24,000 nucleotides of DNA, from the NCBI GenBank assembly GCA_905182275.1, contig CAJJAU010000016.1, forward strand, positions 10,215-34,214. Reading direction: 5' to 3'. Made by a program: the position numbers and the translations under genes. Positions 9,442 to 18,867 of this stretch are shown here, one piece after another. How positions within the stretch are numbered: position 1 is the stretch's first letter; every line of letters begins with the position of its first letter. The notes below the pieces were generated by a model. The model saw only the letters and a program-made list of their open reading frames with translations. It searched no databases and had not been told where the DNA came from. This DNA comes from a gamma proteobacterium HTCC2207. Its GTDB lineage: Bacteria; Pseudomonadota; Gammaproteobacteria; Pseudomonadales; Porticoccaceae.

Positions 9442-9818
9442 ACACCCTAACGTCATCAATCGTGGTCACTGTAGTCTCTGAATATTTGGATAGACAATCT
9501 TCGCCCGACAATAATCGTTTTGCCTTTGCGTACCATATTACGATAAACAACCAGGGGTCGTCGGCAGCCACGCTACTTACCCGCCACTGGATTATTATTG
9601 ACGCCAATCAAGAACGTCAAGAGGTTCACGGATCAGGAGTCATTGGGCAGACGCCTACTATCCCACCAGGTAGTTGCTATGAATATACTAGCGCTGTGGT
9701 ACTTGATACGCCAATTGGAACTATGGAGGGCTCCTATCAGCTGATAGATGCACAGGGAACAGCCTTTAACGCACCCATCGCACCCTTCTTGCTGTCCACT
9801 CCAAACACGGTGCATTAG
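9438..9818 (+). CDS. apaG: ApaG (DUF525) protein
   Basis: 126 aa. The ApaG-type sequence includes FAYHITI.N, L..RHW.I.D and V.G.GV.G..P. Its start makes an ATGA overlap with the rsmA stop, and it occupies the canonical position between ksgA and apaH. Confidence 0.92.
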   Translation: MNTLTSSIVVTVVSEYLDRQSSPDNNRFAFAYHITINNQGSSAATLLTRHWIIIDANQERQEVHGSGVIGQTPTIPPGSCYEYTSAVVLDTPIGTMEGSYQLIDAQGTAFNAPIAPFLLSTPNTVH

Positions 9819-10613
9819 GTGACTGACTTCGTCGTCGGGGATATTCAGGGCTGTTTCGATCCACTCATAAAACTTTTAGACAAAATTGATTTCGACCCTT
9901 CCAAGGACCGTCTGATCGCTGCTGGAGATCTTGTTAACCGCGGCCCAAAATCCTTAGAGACCATGCGGTACTGCAAGAATCTCGGCAGTGCCTTTAAAAT
10001 GGTTCTGGGTAATCATGATCTACATCTGCTGGCAATCGCTCATGGAGTCAAAAAGCCTACGCCAAAAGATACCATCGGAGAAATTCTAGTAGCTCCAGAC
10101 GCGGCGATACTAATTGAGTGGCTACAACAACAGCCGCTTATGCTCAGCGTCGATGACTTTACGATTGTTCACGCTGGCATCCCTCCTCAGTGGTCGCTCC
10201 AAAAAGCCCTTTCACTGGCCAATGAGGTCAATGCCGCTCTAACATCAATAAATGCAAGATCCTTTTTTGAGCATATGTACGGCAACCATCCCACGACGTG
10301 GTCTGACGGTTTAGAGGGCCCAGAGAGGCTGAGGGTAATTACTAACTATTTAACGCGTATGCGGTTCTGTGCAGAAGATGGTCAACTAGATTTAGAAACC
10401 AAACATGCTTTCAAAGCGCCACACCCTTTTTATCCGTGGTTCTCCCACCCTCATCGTAAAACACAAAAAGACAAGGTAGTGTTTGGTCACTGGGCGTCAT
10501 TAGAAGGAAGGGATTGCGGTGAAAATCTGTTCGCTTTAGATACTGGCTGCGTATGGGGCGGACCGCTAAGAGTAATGAACTTAGACAACCAACACTATTC
10601 CCACCAACCATGA
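9819..10613 (+). CDS. apaH: Bis(5'-nucleosyl)-tetraphosphatase, symmetrical (Ap4A hydrolase)
   Basis: 264 aa with metallophosphatase motifs GDIQGC, GDLVNRGP, GNHD and GHW. The GTG start directly abuts the apaG TAG (TAGGTG). The protein aligns by eye along its full length with E. coli and Pseudomonas ApaH. Confidence 0.92.
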   Translation: MTDFVVGDIQGCFDPLIKLLDKIDFDPSKDRLIAAGDLVNRGPKSLETMRYCKNLGSAFKMVLGNHDLHLLAIAHGVKKPTPKDTIGEILVAPDAAILIEWLQQQPLMLSVDDFTIVHAGIPPQWSLQKALSLANEVNAALTSINARSFFEHMYGNHPTTWSDGLEGPERLRVITNYLTRMRFCAEDGQLDLETKHAFKAPHPFYPWFSHPHRKTQKDKVVFGHWASLEGRDCGENLFALDTGCVWGGPLRVMNLDNQHYSHQP

Positions 10614-10651
10614 GCTATCACTGTAGTCACTGAGATTGAAACCGTGCACAG

Positions 10652-10680
10652 AAAAAAGCCGAGCATATAGCTCGGCTTTT
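10652..10680. terminator. Bidirectional rho-independent terminator shared by apaH (+) and rplQ (-)
   Basis: The sequence is AAAAAA-GCCGAGC-atata-GCTCGGC-TTTT. The 7-bp GC-rich stem (10658-10664 / 10670-10676) is flanked by an A-run upstream and a T-run downstream. It therefore reads as hairpin plus U-tract on both strands and lies between the two convergent stop codons. Confidence 0.7.
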
Positions 10681-10703
10681 AAGGCAGTAGGCTTATTGAA
10701 GCC

Positions 10704-11102
10704 CTACTCTGCTGTCTCCAGCACACCCTCTTCAACTTCAGCCATCTCACGTCCAACTAGCTCGACGTAAGCCATTGGGGCTTTGTCGCCAGTACGGTAG
10801 CCGCACTTAAGAATACGTAGATATCCACCAGGGCGCTCTTGATAACGAGGACCCAAATCAGAAAACAGCTTTCCAACCGTTGCTTTATTGCGCAGACGAT
10901 CAAATGCCAAACGACGGTTAGCAACGCTATCCTCTTTAGCCAAGGTGATAAACGGCTCAGCGAAGCCGCGCAACTCTTTTGCCTTCGGCAAAGTTGTCCT
11001 AATTAACTCATGCTCAACCAATGAAGCCGTCATATTACGGAACATTGCTCTCTTATGAGTACCAGTTTTATTCAGCTTGCGGCCACTATAGCGATGACGC
11101 AT
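10704..11102 (-). CDS. rplQ: 50S ribosomal protein L17
   Basis: 132 aa. [24 protein letters not shown]... matches the E. coli L17 N-terminus. It is the last gene of the alpha operon order. Confidence 0.97.
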   Translation of the reverse strand: MRHRYSGRKLNKTGTHKRAMFRNMTASLVEHELIRTTLPKAKELRGFAEPFITLAKEDSVANRRLAFDRLRNKATVGKLFSDLGPRYQERPGGYLRILKCGYRTGDKAPMAYVELVGREMAEVEEGVLETAE

Positions 11103-11156
11103 GATTCAATTCCTTAATTCGTTGCTTTGTCAGCAAATATGTCTATTAAAACTAGC

Positions 11157-12152
11157 TTAACCGAGTTCGCGATCACTTTTTATGCTAGCCGGGGGCCAAT
11201 TCTCAAGGCGCATGCCCAGCGAAAGTCCTCGTGAAGCCAGAACATCTTTAATCTCAGTAAGAGACTTCTTACCCAAGTTTGGTGTCTTCAACAACTCAAC
11301 CTCTGTGCGCTGAATCAAGTCACCAATGTAATAAATACTCTCAGCCTTCAGACAGTTGGCAGAGCGAACCGTCAATTCAAGATCATCAACAGGACGCAAT
11401 AAAATCGGATCAATTTCTTCCTCTTTCTCTTCGGGCTCTTCAGCAGTCTCACCTTGCAAGTCAACGAATACGGCCATTTGTTGCTGCAGTATTGTTGCTG
11501 CTCGACGAATTGACTCTTCCGGATCAATTGTCCCGTTGGTCTCGAGCTCAAGAACTAATTTATCCAAATCCGTACGGTTCTCAACACGCGCGTTATCAAC
11601 ACTGTAAGAAACCTTAAAAATCGGGCTAAAAGAAGCGTCTAACTGCAAACGTCCAATAGTGCGATTCTCATCGTCAGACACTCGCGCATCTGATGGCTGG
11701 TAGCCACGACCGCGCACAATGCGCAATTCCATATTTAAAGACTTCTTGCCGGTGATCGTCGCAATTACATGCTCTGGGTTGACAACCTCTAAGTGGCTAT
11801 CACACTGAATGTCAGCAGCTGTAACCACACCAGGCCCCTGAGCCTTAAGTGTAACTGTCGTTTCATCCCTACCTTCCATCACCACTGCTACACCTTTTAG
11901 GTTTAACAGTATCTCCATAACATCTTCTTGAATACCCTCTATCGTGCTGTATTCGTGCTCGACACCATCAATTTCAACCTCAACGATGGCACAACCCGAC
12001 ATTGAGGAAAGTAAGATGCGTCTTAGTGCATTGCCCAGTGTGTGTCCGAAACCCCTTTCCAGCGGCTCCAAAACAACCTTAGCATGGGTCGAATTATAAG
12101 ACGTTACATCGATATTTCGCGGTGTAAGCATTTCAGTAGCAGAATTTTGCAT
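11157..12152 (-). CDS. rpoA: DNA-directed RNA polymerase subunit alpha
   Basis: 331 aa with full-length resemblance to RpoA, including [15 protein letters not shown] and the C-terminal domain [12 protein letters not shown]. It lies between rpsD and rplQ. Confidence 0.98.
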   Translation of the reverse strand: MQNSATEMLTPRNIDVTSYNSTHAKVVLEPLERGFGHTLGNALRRILLSSMSGCAIVEVEIDGVEHEYSTIEGIQEDVMEILLNLKGVAVVMEGRDETTVTLKAQGPGVVTAADIQCDSHLEVVNPEHVIATITGKKSLNMELRIVRGRGYQPSDARVSDDENRTIGRLQLDASFSPIFKVSYSVDNARVENRTDLDKLVLELETNGTIDPEESIRRAATILQQQMAVFVDLQGETAEEPEEKEEEIDPILLRPVDDLELTVRSANCLKAESIYYIGDLIQRTEVELLKTPNLGKKSLTEIKDVLASRGLSLGMRLENWPPASIKSDRELG

Positions 12153-12179
12153 AATATTACCTGTAAGAGCTAACAGCGA

Positions 12180-12800
12180 TTATTTAGAATAAAGCTCAAC
12201 GATTAAATTCTCGTTAATCTCTGAGGGTAAATCTGATCTATCAGGGTTACGGGTAAACGTACCTTCCATCTTATTGGTATCAACGCTAACCCACTCAACC
12301 TCTCCTCTCTGAGACGCCAGCTGCAAAGCTGTCTGGACTCGGAGTTGAGCTTTCGATTTTTCACGAAGACCGACCATGTCGCCTTCTTGAACACGGAAAG
12401 AAGGGATGTTTACCTTCTGACCATTGACCAAAATAGAGTTGTGCGCCACTAGCTGACGAGATTCAGCACGAGTAGAACCAAAGCCCATGCGGTAAACCAC
12501 GTTGTCTAAACGGGACTCAAGCAGAGTCAACAAGTTTTCACCTGTATTCCCCTTTATACGAGCAGCAGCCTTGTAGTAATTACTAAACTGCTTTTCTAGT
12601 ACACCGTAAATACGGCGAACCTTTTGTTTCTCACGCAGCTGAACACCGTAGTCAGATAGGCGTCCACGACGGGCCCCATGCTGACCTGGCGCGCTCTCTG
12701 CACGACATTTCGATTCTAGGGGACGAACGCCACTCTTAAGGAACAAATCAGTTCCTTCGCGACGTGATAGTTTACAAGTTGGTCCAAGATATCTAGCCAT
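12180..12800 (-). CDS. rpsD: 30S ribosomal protein S4
   Basis: 206 aa. [24 protein letters not shown]... is the canonical S4 N-terminus. Confidence 0.98.
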   Translation of the reverse strand: MARYLGPTCKLSRREGTDLFLKSGVRPLESKCRAESAPGQHGARRGRLSDYGVQLREKQKVRRIYGVLEKQFSNYYKAAARIKGNTGENLLTLLESRLDNVVYRMGFGSTRAESRQLVAHNSILVNGQKVNIPSFRVQEGDMVGLREKSKAQLRVQTALQLASQRGEVEWVSVDTNKMEGTFTRNPDRSDLPSEINENLIVELYSK

Positions 12801-12812
12801 TATTGTTCTCTC

Positions 12813-13205
12813 TTACACGCGACGCTTTTTAGGAGGACGACAGCCGTTATGAGGCACTGGCGTTACATCCGTGATGTTAGTAATTTTGTAGCCGGCATTG
12901 TTAAGTGCGCGAACTGCGGACTCACGTCCCGGGCCTGGGCCCTTGACCTGAACATCGAGGTTCTTAAGACCGTAGTCTTTAGCGGCTTCTCCGGCACGTT
13001 CAGCAGCAACCTGAGCGGCGAACGGCGTACTTTTGCGCGATCCCCTAAACCCAGACCCACCAGACGTAGCCCAGGAAAGCGTATTCCCTTGACGATCTGT
13101 GATTGTCACAATGGTATTATTAAACGACGCGTAGATATGTGCCACACCGTCTATTACCGTCTTTTTGACTTTTTTACGAGTCGTTTTAACTGCTGCTTTT
13201 GCCAT
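12813..13205 (-). CDS. rpsK: 30S ribosomal protein S11
   Basis: 130 aa. It has the S11 core [22 protein letters not shown] and C-terminal [18 protein letters not shown]. Confidence 0.98.
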   Translation of the reverse strand: MAKAAVKTTRKKVKKTVIDGVAHIYASFNNTIVTITDRQGNTLSWATSGGSGFRGSRKSTPFAAQVAAERAGEAAKDYGLKNLDVQVKGPGPGRESAVRALNNAGYKITNITDVTPVPHNGCRPPKKRRV

Positions 13206-13221
13206 TACAAACCGATCCTAA

Positions 13222-13578
13222 TTATCGTTTAATCGGACGCTTGGGACCTTTACGGGTGCGCGCGTTCGTCTTGGTACGCTGTCCGCGTACCGGCAAATTA
13301 CGTCGATGACGTAGGCCTCTATAACAGCCTAGATCCATCAACCGCTTGATGTTCATGCTCGTCTCTCGACGCAAGTCACCTTCAACTTCGTTCTGCCCAA
13401 CGGCAGCCCGCAATTGATCAAGTTGACCTTCGTCCAATGCAGAAATTTTAGTGTCTTCTGCAATGCCCACTTCCGCACAAATCTTCTCCGCGGTTGGACG
13501 TCCGATACCAAACACATAAGTCAGTGAAATCACTGTGTGTTTATTATCTGGAATGTTGACACCGGCAATACGGGCCAT
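13222..13578 (-). CDS. rpsM: 30S ribosomal protein S13
   Basis: 118 aa. [14 protein letters not shown]... and the basic C-terminus are typical of S13. A GGAG SD lies 8 nt upstream of the ATG. Confidence 0.98.
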   Translation of the reverse strand: MARIAGVNIPDNKHTVISLTYVFGIGRPTAEKICAEVGIAEDTKISALDEGQLDQLRAAVGQNEVEGDLRRETSMNIKRLMDLGCYRGLRHRRNLPVRGQRTKTNARTRKGPKRPIKR

Positions 13579-13687
13579 TCACATTACTCCACTTATACTA
13601 TGGGTTTAATCAGTACCCCAACGCCCTGCAGAAACTCTGCAAAAAGGCGCGGTAGAATACCGATAGATCTACCAAAAATCAACCAGA
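13579..13687 (-). promoter_or_regulatory. rpmJ-rpsM spacer: probable alpha-operon promoter and structured rpsM leader (candidate S4 translational operator)
   Basis: This is a 109-nt non-coding spacer. On the minus strand, TTGATT (13682-13677), N17 and TATTCT (13659-13654) form a sigma70-like pair. One hairpin is GGTAGA..TCTACC (13673-13651). A nested hairpin is CGCC-TTTT-TGCAGA-GTT-TCTGCA-G-GGCG (13649-13622). In E. coli this position holds the P-alpha promoter and the S4-binding leader. Assigning that function here is inference. Confidence 0.35.
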
Positions 13688-13804
13688 TTATCCTTGGCGC
13701 TGCTTATGACGAGGTTCCACACTACAAATAATACGAACCACGCCCTTACGACGGACAACTTTACAATTTCGACAAATCTTTTTAACCGATGCGCGTACTT
13801 TCAC
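13688..13804 (-). CDS. rpmJ: 50S ribosomal protein L36
   Basis: This gene is not in the ORF track because it is under 60 aa. My manual reverse-strand translation gives (M)[37 protein letters not shown], 38 aa. The start is GTG at 13804-13802 and the stop is TAA at 13690-13688. The Cys-x2-Cys...Cys...His zinc-ribbon pattern is present. It sits directly after secY, as in the spc operon. Confidence 0.9.
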   Translation of the reverse strand: MKVRASVKKICRNCKVVRRKGVVRIICSVEPRHKQRQG

Positions 13805-13816
13805 AGCATCACCTCT

Positions 13817-15136
13817 CTATCGACGGCCAGCGTTTTTAAGGTTGGCCTTTTTCATCAGCGAATCATATTGCTGTGACATTAGATGTGACTGCACTTGAGC
13901 CATAAAATCCATTGTTACAACAACCGCAATTAACAGTGACGTCCCGCCCAGATAGAAAGGTACATTAAAGTACACATTCAAAAACTGTGGCATCAGACAG
14001 ATCAAGGTGATGTAAATACCACCTATCAATGTCAACCTGGTGGTGACACTATCAATATATTTAGCCGTATGCTCTCCGGGACGAATCCCAGGTAAATAAG
14101 CACCGCCTTTCTTTAGGTTATCAGCCACTTCTCTTGGGTTGTACATCAACGCCGTATAGAAGAAGCTAAAGAAAATAATCAAACTAGAGAACAGTATTAT
14201 GTACAACGGCTGTCCTGGACCAATCAGTAGCGCAACATCCTGCAACCAAGCTGGCGCGTTTACACCTTGCCCAAACCAAGTGCTTATTGAGGTTGGAAAC
14301 AACAATAGGCTACTTGCAAAGATTGCTGGAATCACACCCGCCATGTTCACCTTTAAAGGCAGATGAGACGTCTGAGCATTATACGCCTGTCGCCCCTGCC
14401 GCTGGGCATAGTTAACCGTCAATCGGCGCTGACCTCGCTCAATAAACACAACGAAGTAAACCACTGCCACCGCAATGACCAACACAACTATCAACATTAA
14501 CGGATTTAAATCACCCTGCCGAGCTGACTCCAAAGCCTGCCCTGCTGCACCTGGCATACCTGCAACAATTCCAGCGAAAATCAGCATGGATATACCATTA
14601 CCAATACCACGCTCGGTAATCTGCTCGCCAAGCCACATCAAAAATACTGCACCAGCTACCAATGAGGATATTGCCACTGCGTAGAACATTGGTGTAACTT
14701 CATAGGCCAAACCTTGCGACCCAAAGCCTACAGCCATTGCGGTGCCCTGCACTGTAGCCAACGCAACTGTTCCATAACGCGTATAACGGTTTATCGTGCG
14801 CCGACCGCTATCACCCTCTTTCTTTAACTGCTCAAGGCTAGGAACTGTTGCAGACAGTAGCTGCATAATGATCGAAGCTGATATATAGGGCATAACGCCC
14901 AAGGCCAGTATCGATAAGCGCTCTAAAGCGCCTCCTGAAAACATATTAAACAGACCAAGAAACGTACCTTGATTCTGATTAAAAAGTTCTGCCAACCTAT
15001 CTGGATCGAACCCTGGCACCGGAATATGCGTTCCAATCCGGTAAATAATAATGGCCAAAAACAAAAAGCGCAGGCGAGCCCAAAGCTCTCCAAGTCCTTT
15101 TTGATTGCCTACAGGCATGCCACCAGGTTTCGCCAT
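13817..15136 (-). CDS. secY: Preprotein translocase subunit SecY
   Basis: 439-aa polytopic protein with SecY signatures [24 protein letters not shown] and GIRPG. It lies between rplO and rpmJ. Confidence 0.98.
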   Translation of the reverse strand: MAKPGGMPVGNQKGLGELWARLRFLFLAIIIYRIGTHIPVPGFDPDRLAELFNQNQGTFLGLFNMFSGGALERLSILALGVMPYISASIIMQLLSATVPSLEQLKKEGDSGRRTINRYTRYGTVALATVQGTAMAVGFGSQGLAYEVTPMFYAVAISSLVAGAVFLMWLGEQITERGIGNGISMLIFAGIVAGMPGAAGQALESARQGDLNPLMLIVVLVIAVAVVYFVVFIERGQRRLTVNYAQRQGRQAYNAQTSHLPLKVNMAGVIPAIFASSLLLFPTSISTWFGQGVNAPAWLQDVALLIGPGQPLYIILFSSLIIFFSFFYTALMYNPREVADNLKKGGAYLPGIRPGEHTAKYIDSVTTRLTLIGGIYITLICLMPQFLNVYFNVPFYLGGTSLLIAVVVTMDFMAQVQSHLMSQQYDSLMKKANLKNAGRR

Positions 15137-15141
15137 TATCT

Positions 15142-15576
15142 TTACTCTTCTATCTTGCCGCCGGCAGCTATAATCGCTGCGGCTGCACCTTTCGTCGCTC
15201 CAACTCCTTTAAGAGTTATAGCCTTAGCAATTTCGCCTGATGCAAAAACTTTTGCACGGAGGATATTACTATTGAGTAATCCGGCACTACGAAGAGCATC
15301 GAGATCAACAACATCTCCCTCAACTAAGTGAAGTTCGGACAAGCGAATCTCGGCAGTGACTGCTGCGAGGCGCGACGTAAAACCATACTTAGGCAAACGT
15401 TTCTGCAACGGCATCTGCCCGCCTTCAAAACCTGGACGTATACTGCCACCGGAACGGGACGCCTGCCCTTTGTGACCACGGCCACAAGTTTTTCCAAGCC
15501 CGCTGCCAATTCCTCGACCCGCGCGCTTACCTTCTTTAATCCGACCCGGAGCCGGGCTAAGGGTATTCAGTCGCAT
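15142..15576 (-). CDS. rplO: 50S ribosomal protein L15
   Basis: I place the start at ATG 15576, giving [11 protein letters not shown]... (144 aa), which matches E. coli L15 [21 protein letters not shown] lies within the rpmD 3' end. The ORF-track start at 15591 adds MRKLK and would overlap rpmD. Confidence 0.96.
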   Translation of the reverse strand: MRLNTLSPAPGRIKEGKRAGRGIGSGLGKTCGRGHKGQASRSGGSIRPGFEGGQMPLQKRLPKYGFTSRLAAVTAEIRLSELHLVEGDVVDLDALRSAGLLNSNILRAKVFASGEIAKAITLKGVGATKGAAAAIIAAGGKIEE

Positions 15577-15577
15577 C

Positions 15578-15772
15578 TTAAGCTTCCTCAACCTGTAACA
15601 TATAGTTAACTTTATTAATCATTCCACGAACCGAGGGAGTATCTTCAACCTCAACTGTGTGGCCAATTCGACGCAACCCAAGTCCAGTGAGACAGGCTTT
15701 ATGATTCTTAAGCCGACCGATAGAGCTTTTCAACTGCGTTACTTTTACTTTTTTTAATTTAGCTTTTGCCAT
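15578..15772 (-). CDS. rpmD: 50S ribosomal protein L30
   Basis: 64 aa. ...[26 protein letters not shown].. matches the L30 core. Confidence 0.97.
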   Translation of the reverse strand: MAKAKLKKVKVTQLKSSIGRLKNHKACLTGLGLRRIGHTVEVEDTPSVRGMINKVNYMLQVEEA

Positions 15773-15812
15773 GATCTACTTCCAATAACCTACATGCTTT
15801 AATTGCTATCAC

Positions 15813-16322
15813 TTAGTTTAGAATTTCTTCTACAGACTTTCCACGCTTAGCAGCGACATCATCTGGAGAGCTCATCGCTTCCAACGCTTTGAATGTTGCG
15901 CGAACGACATTCACTGGATTTGTTGATCCATAGCACTTTGCTAAAACATTCTGAACACCTGCCAACTCTAAAACCGAGCGCATTGCACCACCAGCGATAA
16001 CGCCAGTACCTTCAGAAGCAGGCTGCATATAAATCTTAGAAGCCGCGTGAATACCCTTGGTAGGATACTGAATAGTAGTACCATCTAGAGACACATCTAT
16101 CATGTTCCGTCGGGCCGCTTCCATAGCCTTTTGAATAGCCATTGGCACTTCGCGAGCCTTACCACGACCAAAGCCGACCTTTCCGTTTCCGTCGCCAACA
16201 ACGGTTAATGCAGTGAAAGCAAATATACGTCCGCCTTTAACCGTTTTTGCAACCCGGTTAACCTGAACGAGCTTTTCCATCATGCCTTCAGCAGCTGCGT
16301 CTTTTTGATCTGTAAGAGCCAT
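15813..16322 (-). CDS. rpsE: 30S ribosomal protein S5
   Basis: 169 aa with the S5 core [43 protein letters not shown]. Confidence 0.98.
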   Translation of the reverse strand: MALTDQKDAAAEGMMEKLVQVNRVAKTVKGGRIFAFTALTVVGDGNGKVGFGRGKAREVPMAIQKAMEAARRNMIDVSLDGTTIQYPTKGIHAASKIYMQPASEGTGVIAGGAMRSVLELAGVQNVLAKCYGSTNPVNVVRATFKALEAMSSPDDVAAKRGKSVEEILN

Positions 16323-16334
16323 ATCTTCTACCTA

Positions 16335-16685
16335 TTAAAATTCGAGGCCGGCTTCACGCGCGGCGTCTGCCAGTGCTTTAACACGGCCATGATATTTAAA
16401 ACCACTGCGATCGAACGCTACTGCAGTAATCCCTGCGGCGACTGCTCGTTCAGCAACCAGTTTGCCCACAGCTGAGGCAGCATCAATGTTTCCGGTGCTA
16501 CCCTGACGCAGATCCTTTTCTAGCGTAGACGCTGTGGCAAGGACTCTGTCCCCCCCAGCGGCAATAACCTGCGCGTAGATATGCCGAGGTGTACGGTTGA
16601 CACACAAGCTGATAACACCCTGCTCGCGGATCTTCATCCTTACTCGTTTAGCTCTGCGCTGACGTGAAACTTTTTTATCGCTCAT
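16335..16685 (-). CDS. rplR: 50S ribosomal protein L18
   Basis: 116 aa. It has [16 protein letters not shown]-type sequence and the C-terminal [26 protein letters not shown]. Confidence 0.98.
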   Translation of the reverse strand: MSDKKVSRQRRAKRVRMKIREQGVISLCVNRTPRHIYAQVIAAGGDRVLATASTLEKDLRQGSTGNIDAASAVGKLVAERAVAAGITAVAFDRSGFKYHGRVKALADAAREAGLEF

Positions 16686-16697
16686 TGTTTTACCCTG

Positions 16698-17231
16698 TTA
16701 CTTCTTTTTGGCTTCTTTGCGTCTTACGTACTCACCAGAAATTCTAACGCCCTTACCTTTGTAAGGCTCTGGCGGACGGAAGGCGCGAATCTCAGCGGCG
16801 GCCTGCCCTAATTTCTGCTTATCTGAAGACTTCAACAAAATTTCGGTCTGACTCGGCGTCTCTGCAGTCACTCCATCAGGCAGTTCGTACACTACCGGAT
16901 GAGAAAAACCGAGTGTTAAATTAATCTTAGAACCCTGTACCTGAGCACGATAACCAACACCAACGAGATCCAGCTTCTTCTCGAAACCTTGAGTTACTCC
17001 CGTTACCATGTTGTTTACTAGCGCGCGGGTGGTTCCGGACATCGCTCTAGCGAACGCGTCCTGGCTAACCGCGGCGAACGTTAACACATTATCGCCTTGC
17101 TTGATCTCGACGTTGCTATTTACCGACATAGCTAAGGTGCCTTTTGCACCCTTTACCGAGATCTCGGAACCAACAAGGGACACTTCAACACCCTTTGGTA
17201 GTTCAACTGGATTATTTGCTACTCTAGACAT
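16698..17231 (-). CDS. rplF: 50S ribosomal protein L6
   Basis: 177 aa. [17 protein letters not shown]... and the C-terminal [24 protein letters not shown] are typical of L6. Confidence 0.98.
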   Translation of the reverse strand: MSRVANNPVELPKGVEVSLVGSEISVKGAKGTLAMSVNSNVEIKQGDNVLTFAAVSQDAFARAMSGTTRALVNNMVTGVTQGFEKKLDLVGVGYRAQVQGSKINLTLGFSHPVVYELPDGVTAETPSQTEILLKSSDKQKLGQAAAEIRAFRPPEPYKGKGVRISGEYVRRKEAKKK

Positions 17232-17243
17232 ATCTATTTCCTA

Positions 17244-17636
17244 TCAGAATACAGTGCAGAGCACTTCACCGCCGATACCAGCAGCACGTGCTGCACGATC
17301 GGTCATTACACCCTGGCTAGTGCTAACAATAGCAACACCAAGGCCACTGCGTACTTTAGGAAGATCGTTCGCACCAACATAAAGGCGCAAGCTAGGCTTA
17401 CTAATACGCGTAATTTCTTCAATGACAGGCTTACCTTCAAAATACTTAAGGTCAACTGTCAAGCTTGGCTTAACTTCATCAGTAACGTTAAAACCACTTA
17501 TATAGCCCTCTTCCTGCAACACCTTGGCCACAGAGGCCTTTAGCTTTGAAGCAGGCATACTAACCTCCGGCTTACTACGGTGGTGCGCATTACGAATGCG
17601 GGTCAACATGTCTGAAATTGGATCTTGCATACTCAT
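17244..17636 (-). CDS. rpsH: 30S ribosomal protein S8
   Basis: 130 aa. [17 protein letters not shown]... is the canonical S8 N-terminus. Confidence 0.98.
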   Translation of the reverse strand: MSMQDPISDMLTRIRNAHHRSKPEVSMPASKLKASVAKVLQEEGYISGFNVTDEVKPSLTVDLKYFEGKPVIEEITRISKPSLRLYVGANDLPKVRSGLGVAIVSTSQGVMTDRAARAAGIGGEVLCTVF

Positions 17637-17654
17637 CGTGTTTGGCTCCTTAAA

Positions 17655-17960
17655 CTACCAACTGGCTTTAACTAGCCCCGGAACTTCACCACGCATTGCC
17701 GCTTCGCGTAGTTTGTTTCGGCACAGGCCAAACTTTCTATAAACACCGTGTGGACGGCCAGTAATCCGACAGCGGTTTCGCTGGCGTACCGGACTCGCAT
17801 CACGCGGCAGTTGTTGTAACTTCTGTATGGCTTCCCAACGATCTTCGTCTGATGCCTCTACATTACTAATAACAGCCTTAAGTGCGGCGCGTTTCACGGC
17901 GAACTTTGCGACTGTCTCGGTGCGCTTTTTCTCACGCTGAACCATTGATACCTTAGCCAT
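17655..17960 (-). CDS. rpsN: 30S ribosomal protein S14 (long, non-zinc form)
   Basis: 101 aa. It has MAK.SM..RE.KR and the C-terminal [32 protein letters not shown]. Only two Cys are present, which fits the long C-minus type. Confidence 0.97.
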   Translation of the reverse strand: MAKVSMVQREKKRTETVAKFAVKRAALKAVISNVEASDEDRWEAIQKLQQLPRDASPVRQRNRCRITGRPHGVYRKFGLCRNKLREAAMRGEVPGLVKASW

Positions 17961-17972
17961 TAATCTATGTCC

Positions 17973-18512
17973 TTAACTTTTCAACGGGAAGTTAAAGGCA
18001 CGAAGTAACGCACGGCCTTCATCATCGTTTCTAGCGGTAGTAGTAATCGTAATATCCATTCCGCGAAGCTTGTCGATCTTTTCATAGTCGATCTCAGGAA
18101 AGATAATCTGCTCGGTCACACCCATAGAGAAGTTACCGCGCCCGTCGAACTGCTTCGGACTGATACCACGGAAATCTCGTATACGCGGAATAGCTATGCC
18201 AACTAAACGCTCCAAAAACTCATACATTCTATCCGAGCGCAGAGTAACCTTGGTTCCAATGGGCCAGCCCTGACGAACTTTAAACCCAGCGATAGACTTG
18301 CGAGCATTATTAATTATCGGCTTTTGAGCCGAAATCAATGTCAAATCTGCTACCGCATTGTCAAGTGACTTTTTATCCCCAATCGCCTCACCCACACCCA
18401 TATTCAGAGTGATCTTGGTAATACGAGGAACTTCCATCACATTAGCTAGACCCAATTCTTCACGAAGCTTGGGAGCCAACTCGTTTTTATAAATTTCTTT
18501 CAACCTTGCCAT
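17973..18512 (-). CDS. rplE: 50S ribosomal protein L5
   Basis: 179 aa. [16 protein letters not shown]...[20 protein letters not shown] matches L5. Confidence 0.98.
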   Translation of the reverse strand: MARLKEIYKNELAPKLREELGLANVMEVPRITKITLNMGVGEAIGDKKSLDNAVADLTLISAQKPIINNARKSIAGFKVRQGWPIGTKVTLRSDRMYEFLERLVGIAIPRIRDFRGISPKQFDGRGNFSMGVTEQIIFPEIDYEKIDKLRGMDITITTTARNDDEGRALLRAFNFPLKS

Positions 18513-18529
18513 TAGGATTACCTATTTGC

Positions 18530-18853
18530 TTAAGCGTCGACGGCTTCGCCGCTCGACTTAAAGACCCGAATCTTTTTGTTATCGTCCTGGATCTTAAAAC
18601 CAACCCGATCCGCCTTGTTAGTAGAACTATTAAAGATGGCTACATTAGACACCTGAATCGGAGACTCTTTTTCAATAATTCCACCAGGGATACCAGCGTT
18701 AGGATTAGGCTTCTGATGCTTCTTAACCATCTGAATTCCAGAAACTAAAACCCGGCTATTCTCAAGAACCTTGAGGACCTTGCCACGCTTGCCTTTGTCT
18801 TTCCCTGCGACGACAACAACTTCATCATCTCGTTTAATTTTCAGCATTACCAT
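18530..18853 (-). CDS. rplX: 50S ribosomal protein L24
   Basis: 107 aa with [21 protein letters not shown] and KHQKPNP.....GGI.EKE.PI.VSNVA. The ATG at 18853 lies 7 nt after a GAGGA SD. A second in-frame ATG at 18847 is less well spaced. Confidence 0.96.
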   Translation of the reverse strand: MVMLKIKRDDEVVVVAGKDKGKRGKVLKVLENSRVLVSGIQMVKKHQKPNPNAGIPGGIIEKESPIQVSNVAIFNSSTNKADRVGFKIQDDNKKIRVFKSSGEAVDA

Positions 18854-18867
18854 TACTTAATCCTCGC

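Noticed and set aside
9819-9860. ApaH metallophosphatase motif I reads GDIQGC (Gln) instead of the GDVHGC (His) of E. coli, which could suggest an inactivated enzyme
   Set aside because: As far as I recall, GD(I/L)QGC is the common form of this motif in Pseudomonas-type and many other ApaH orthologs. The remaining metal-binding motifs (GDLVNRGP, GNHD, GHW) are intact. This is most likely normal family variation and would need an alignment to confirm.
11279-11617. Overlapping plus-strand ORFs of 112 aa and 83 aa. Other short track ORFs are at 12203-12394, 13537-13731, 13694-13876, 17524-17742, 18506-18748, 19150-19389, 19919-20221, 20930-21133, 21257-21493 and 21622-21849.
   Set aside because: They are antisense or alternate-frame to rpoA and the ribosomal-protein genes. 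13537-13731 and 13694-13876 overlap the real rpmJ on the opposite strand.
12849-13232. 127-aa plus-strand ORF; also the 65-aa minus-strand ORF at 12863-13060 in another frame
   Set aside because: The 127-aa ORF is fully antisense to rpsK and the rpsM 3' end, and the 65-aa ORF is an alternate-frame read within rpsK. Both have low-complexity, Arg/Ser/Cys-rich translations with no family resemblance. These are shadow ORFs of a highly constrained ribosomal gene.
14969-15331. 120-aa plus-strand ORF; also 14475-14684 (+), 15324-15509 (-) and 15328-15609 (+)
   Set aside because: All are antisense or alternate-frame shadows of secY, rplO and rpmD, and none has independent support.
15577-15591. ORF-track N-terminal extensions: rplO (MRKLK), rplV 21199-21204 (TTG-ATT), rplD 23282-23287 (GTG-TCC) and surA 6342-6365
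   Set aside because: The extended starts lack properly spaced SD sequences or overlap the upstream gene. The shorter forms match the N-termini of E. coli orthologs, or for surA give a canonical signal peptide.
17008-17382. 124-aa plus-strand ORF
   Set aside because: It is antisense to rplF and rpsH and spans their intergenic junction. Its Ala/Pro/Thr-rich translation is typical of the reverse frame of r-protein genes. It has no SD and no homology.
18513-18524. Palindrome TAGGATTACCTA immediately 5' of the rplE start, at the position of the E. coli S8 translational operator
   Set aside because: With only a 4-bp stem and a 4-nt loop it is too short to distinguish from chance. I cannot match it to the S8-binding helix by eye. 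It would need comparative analysis.
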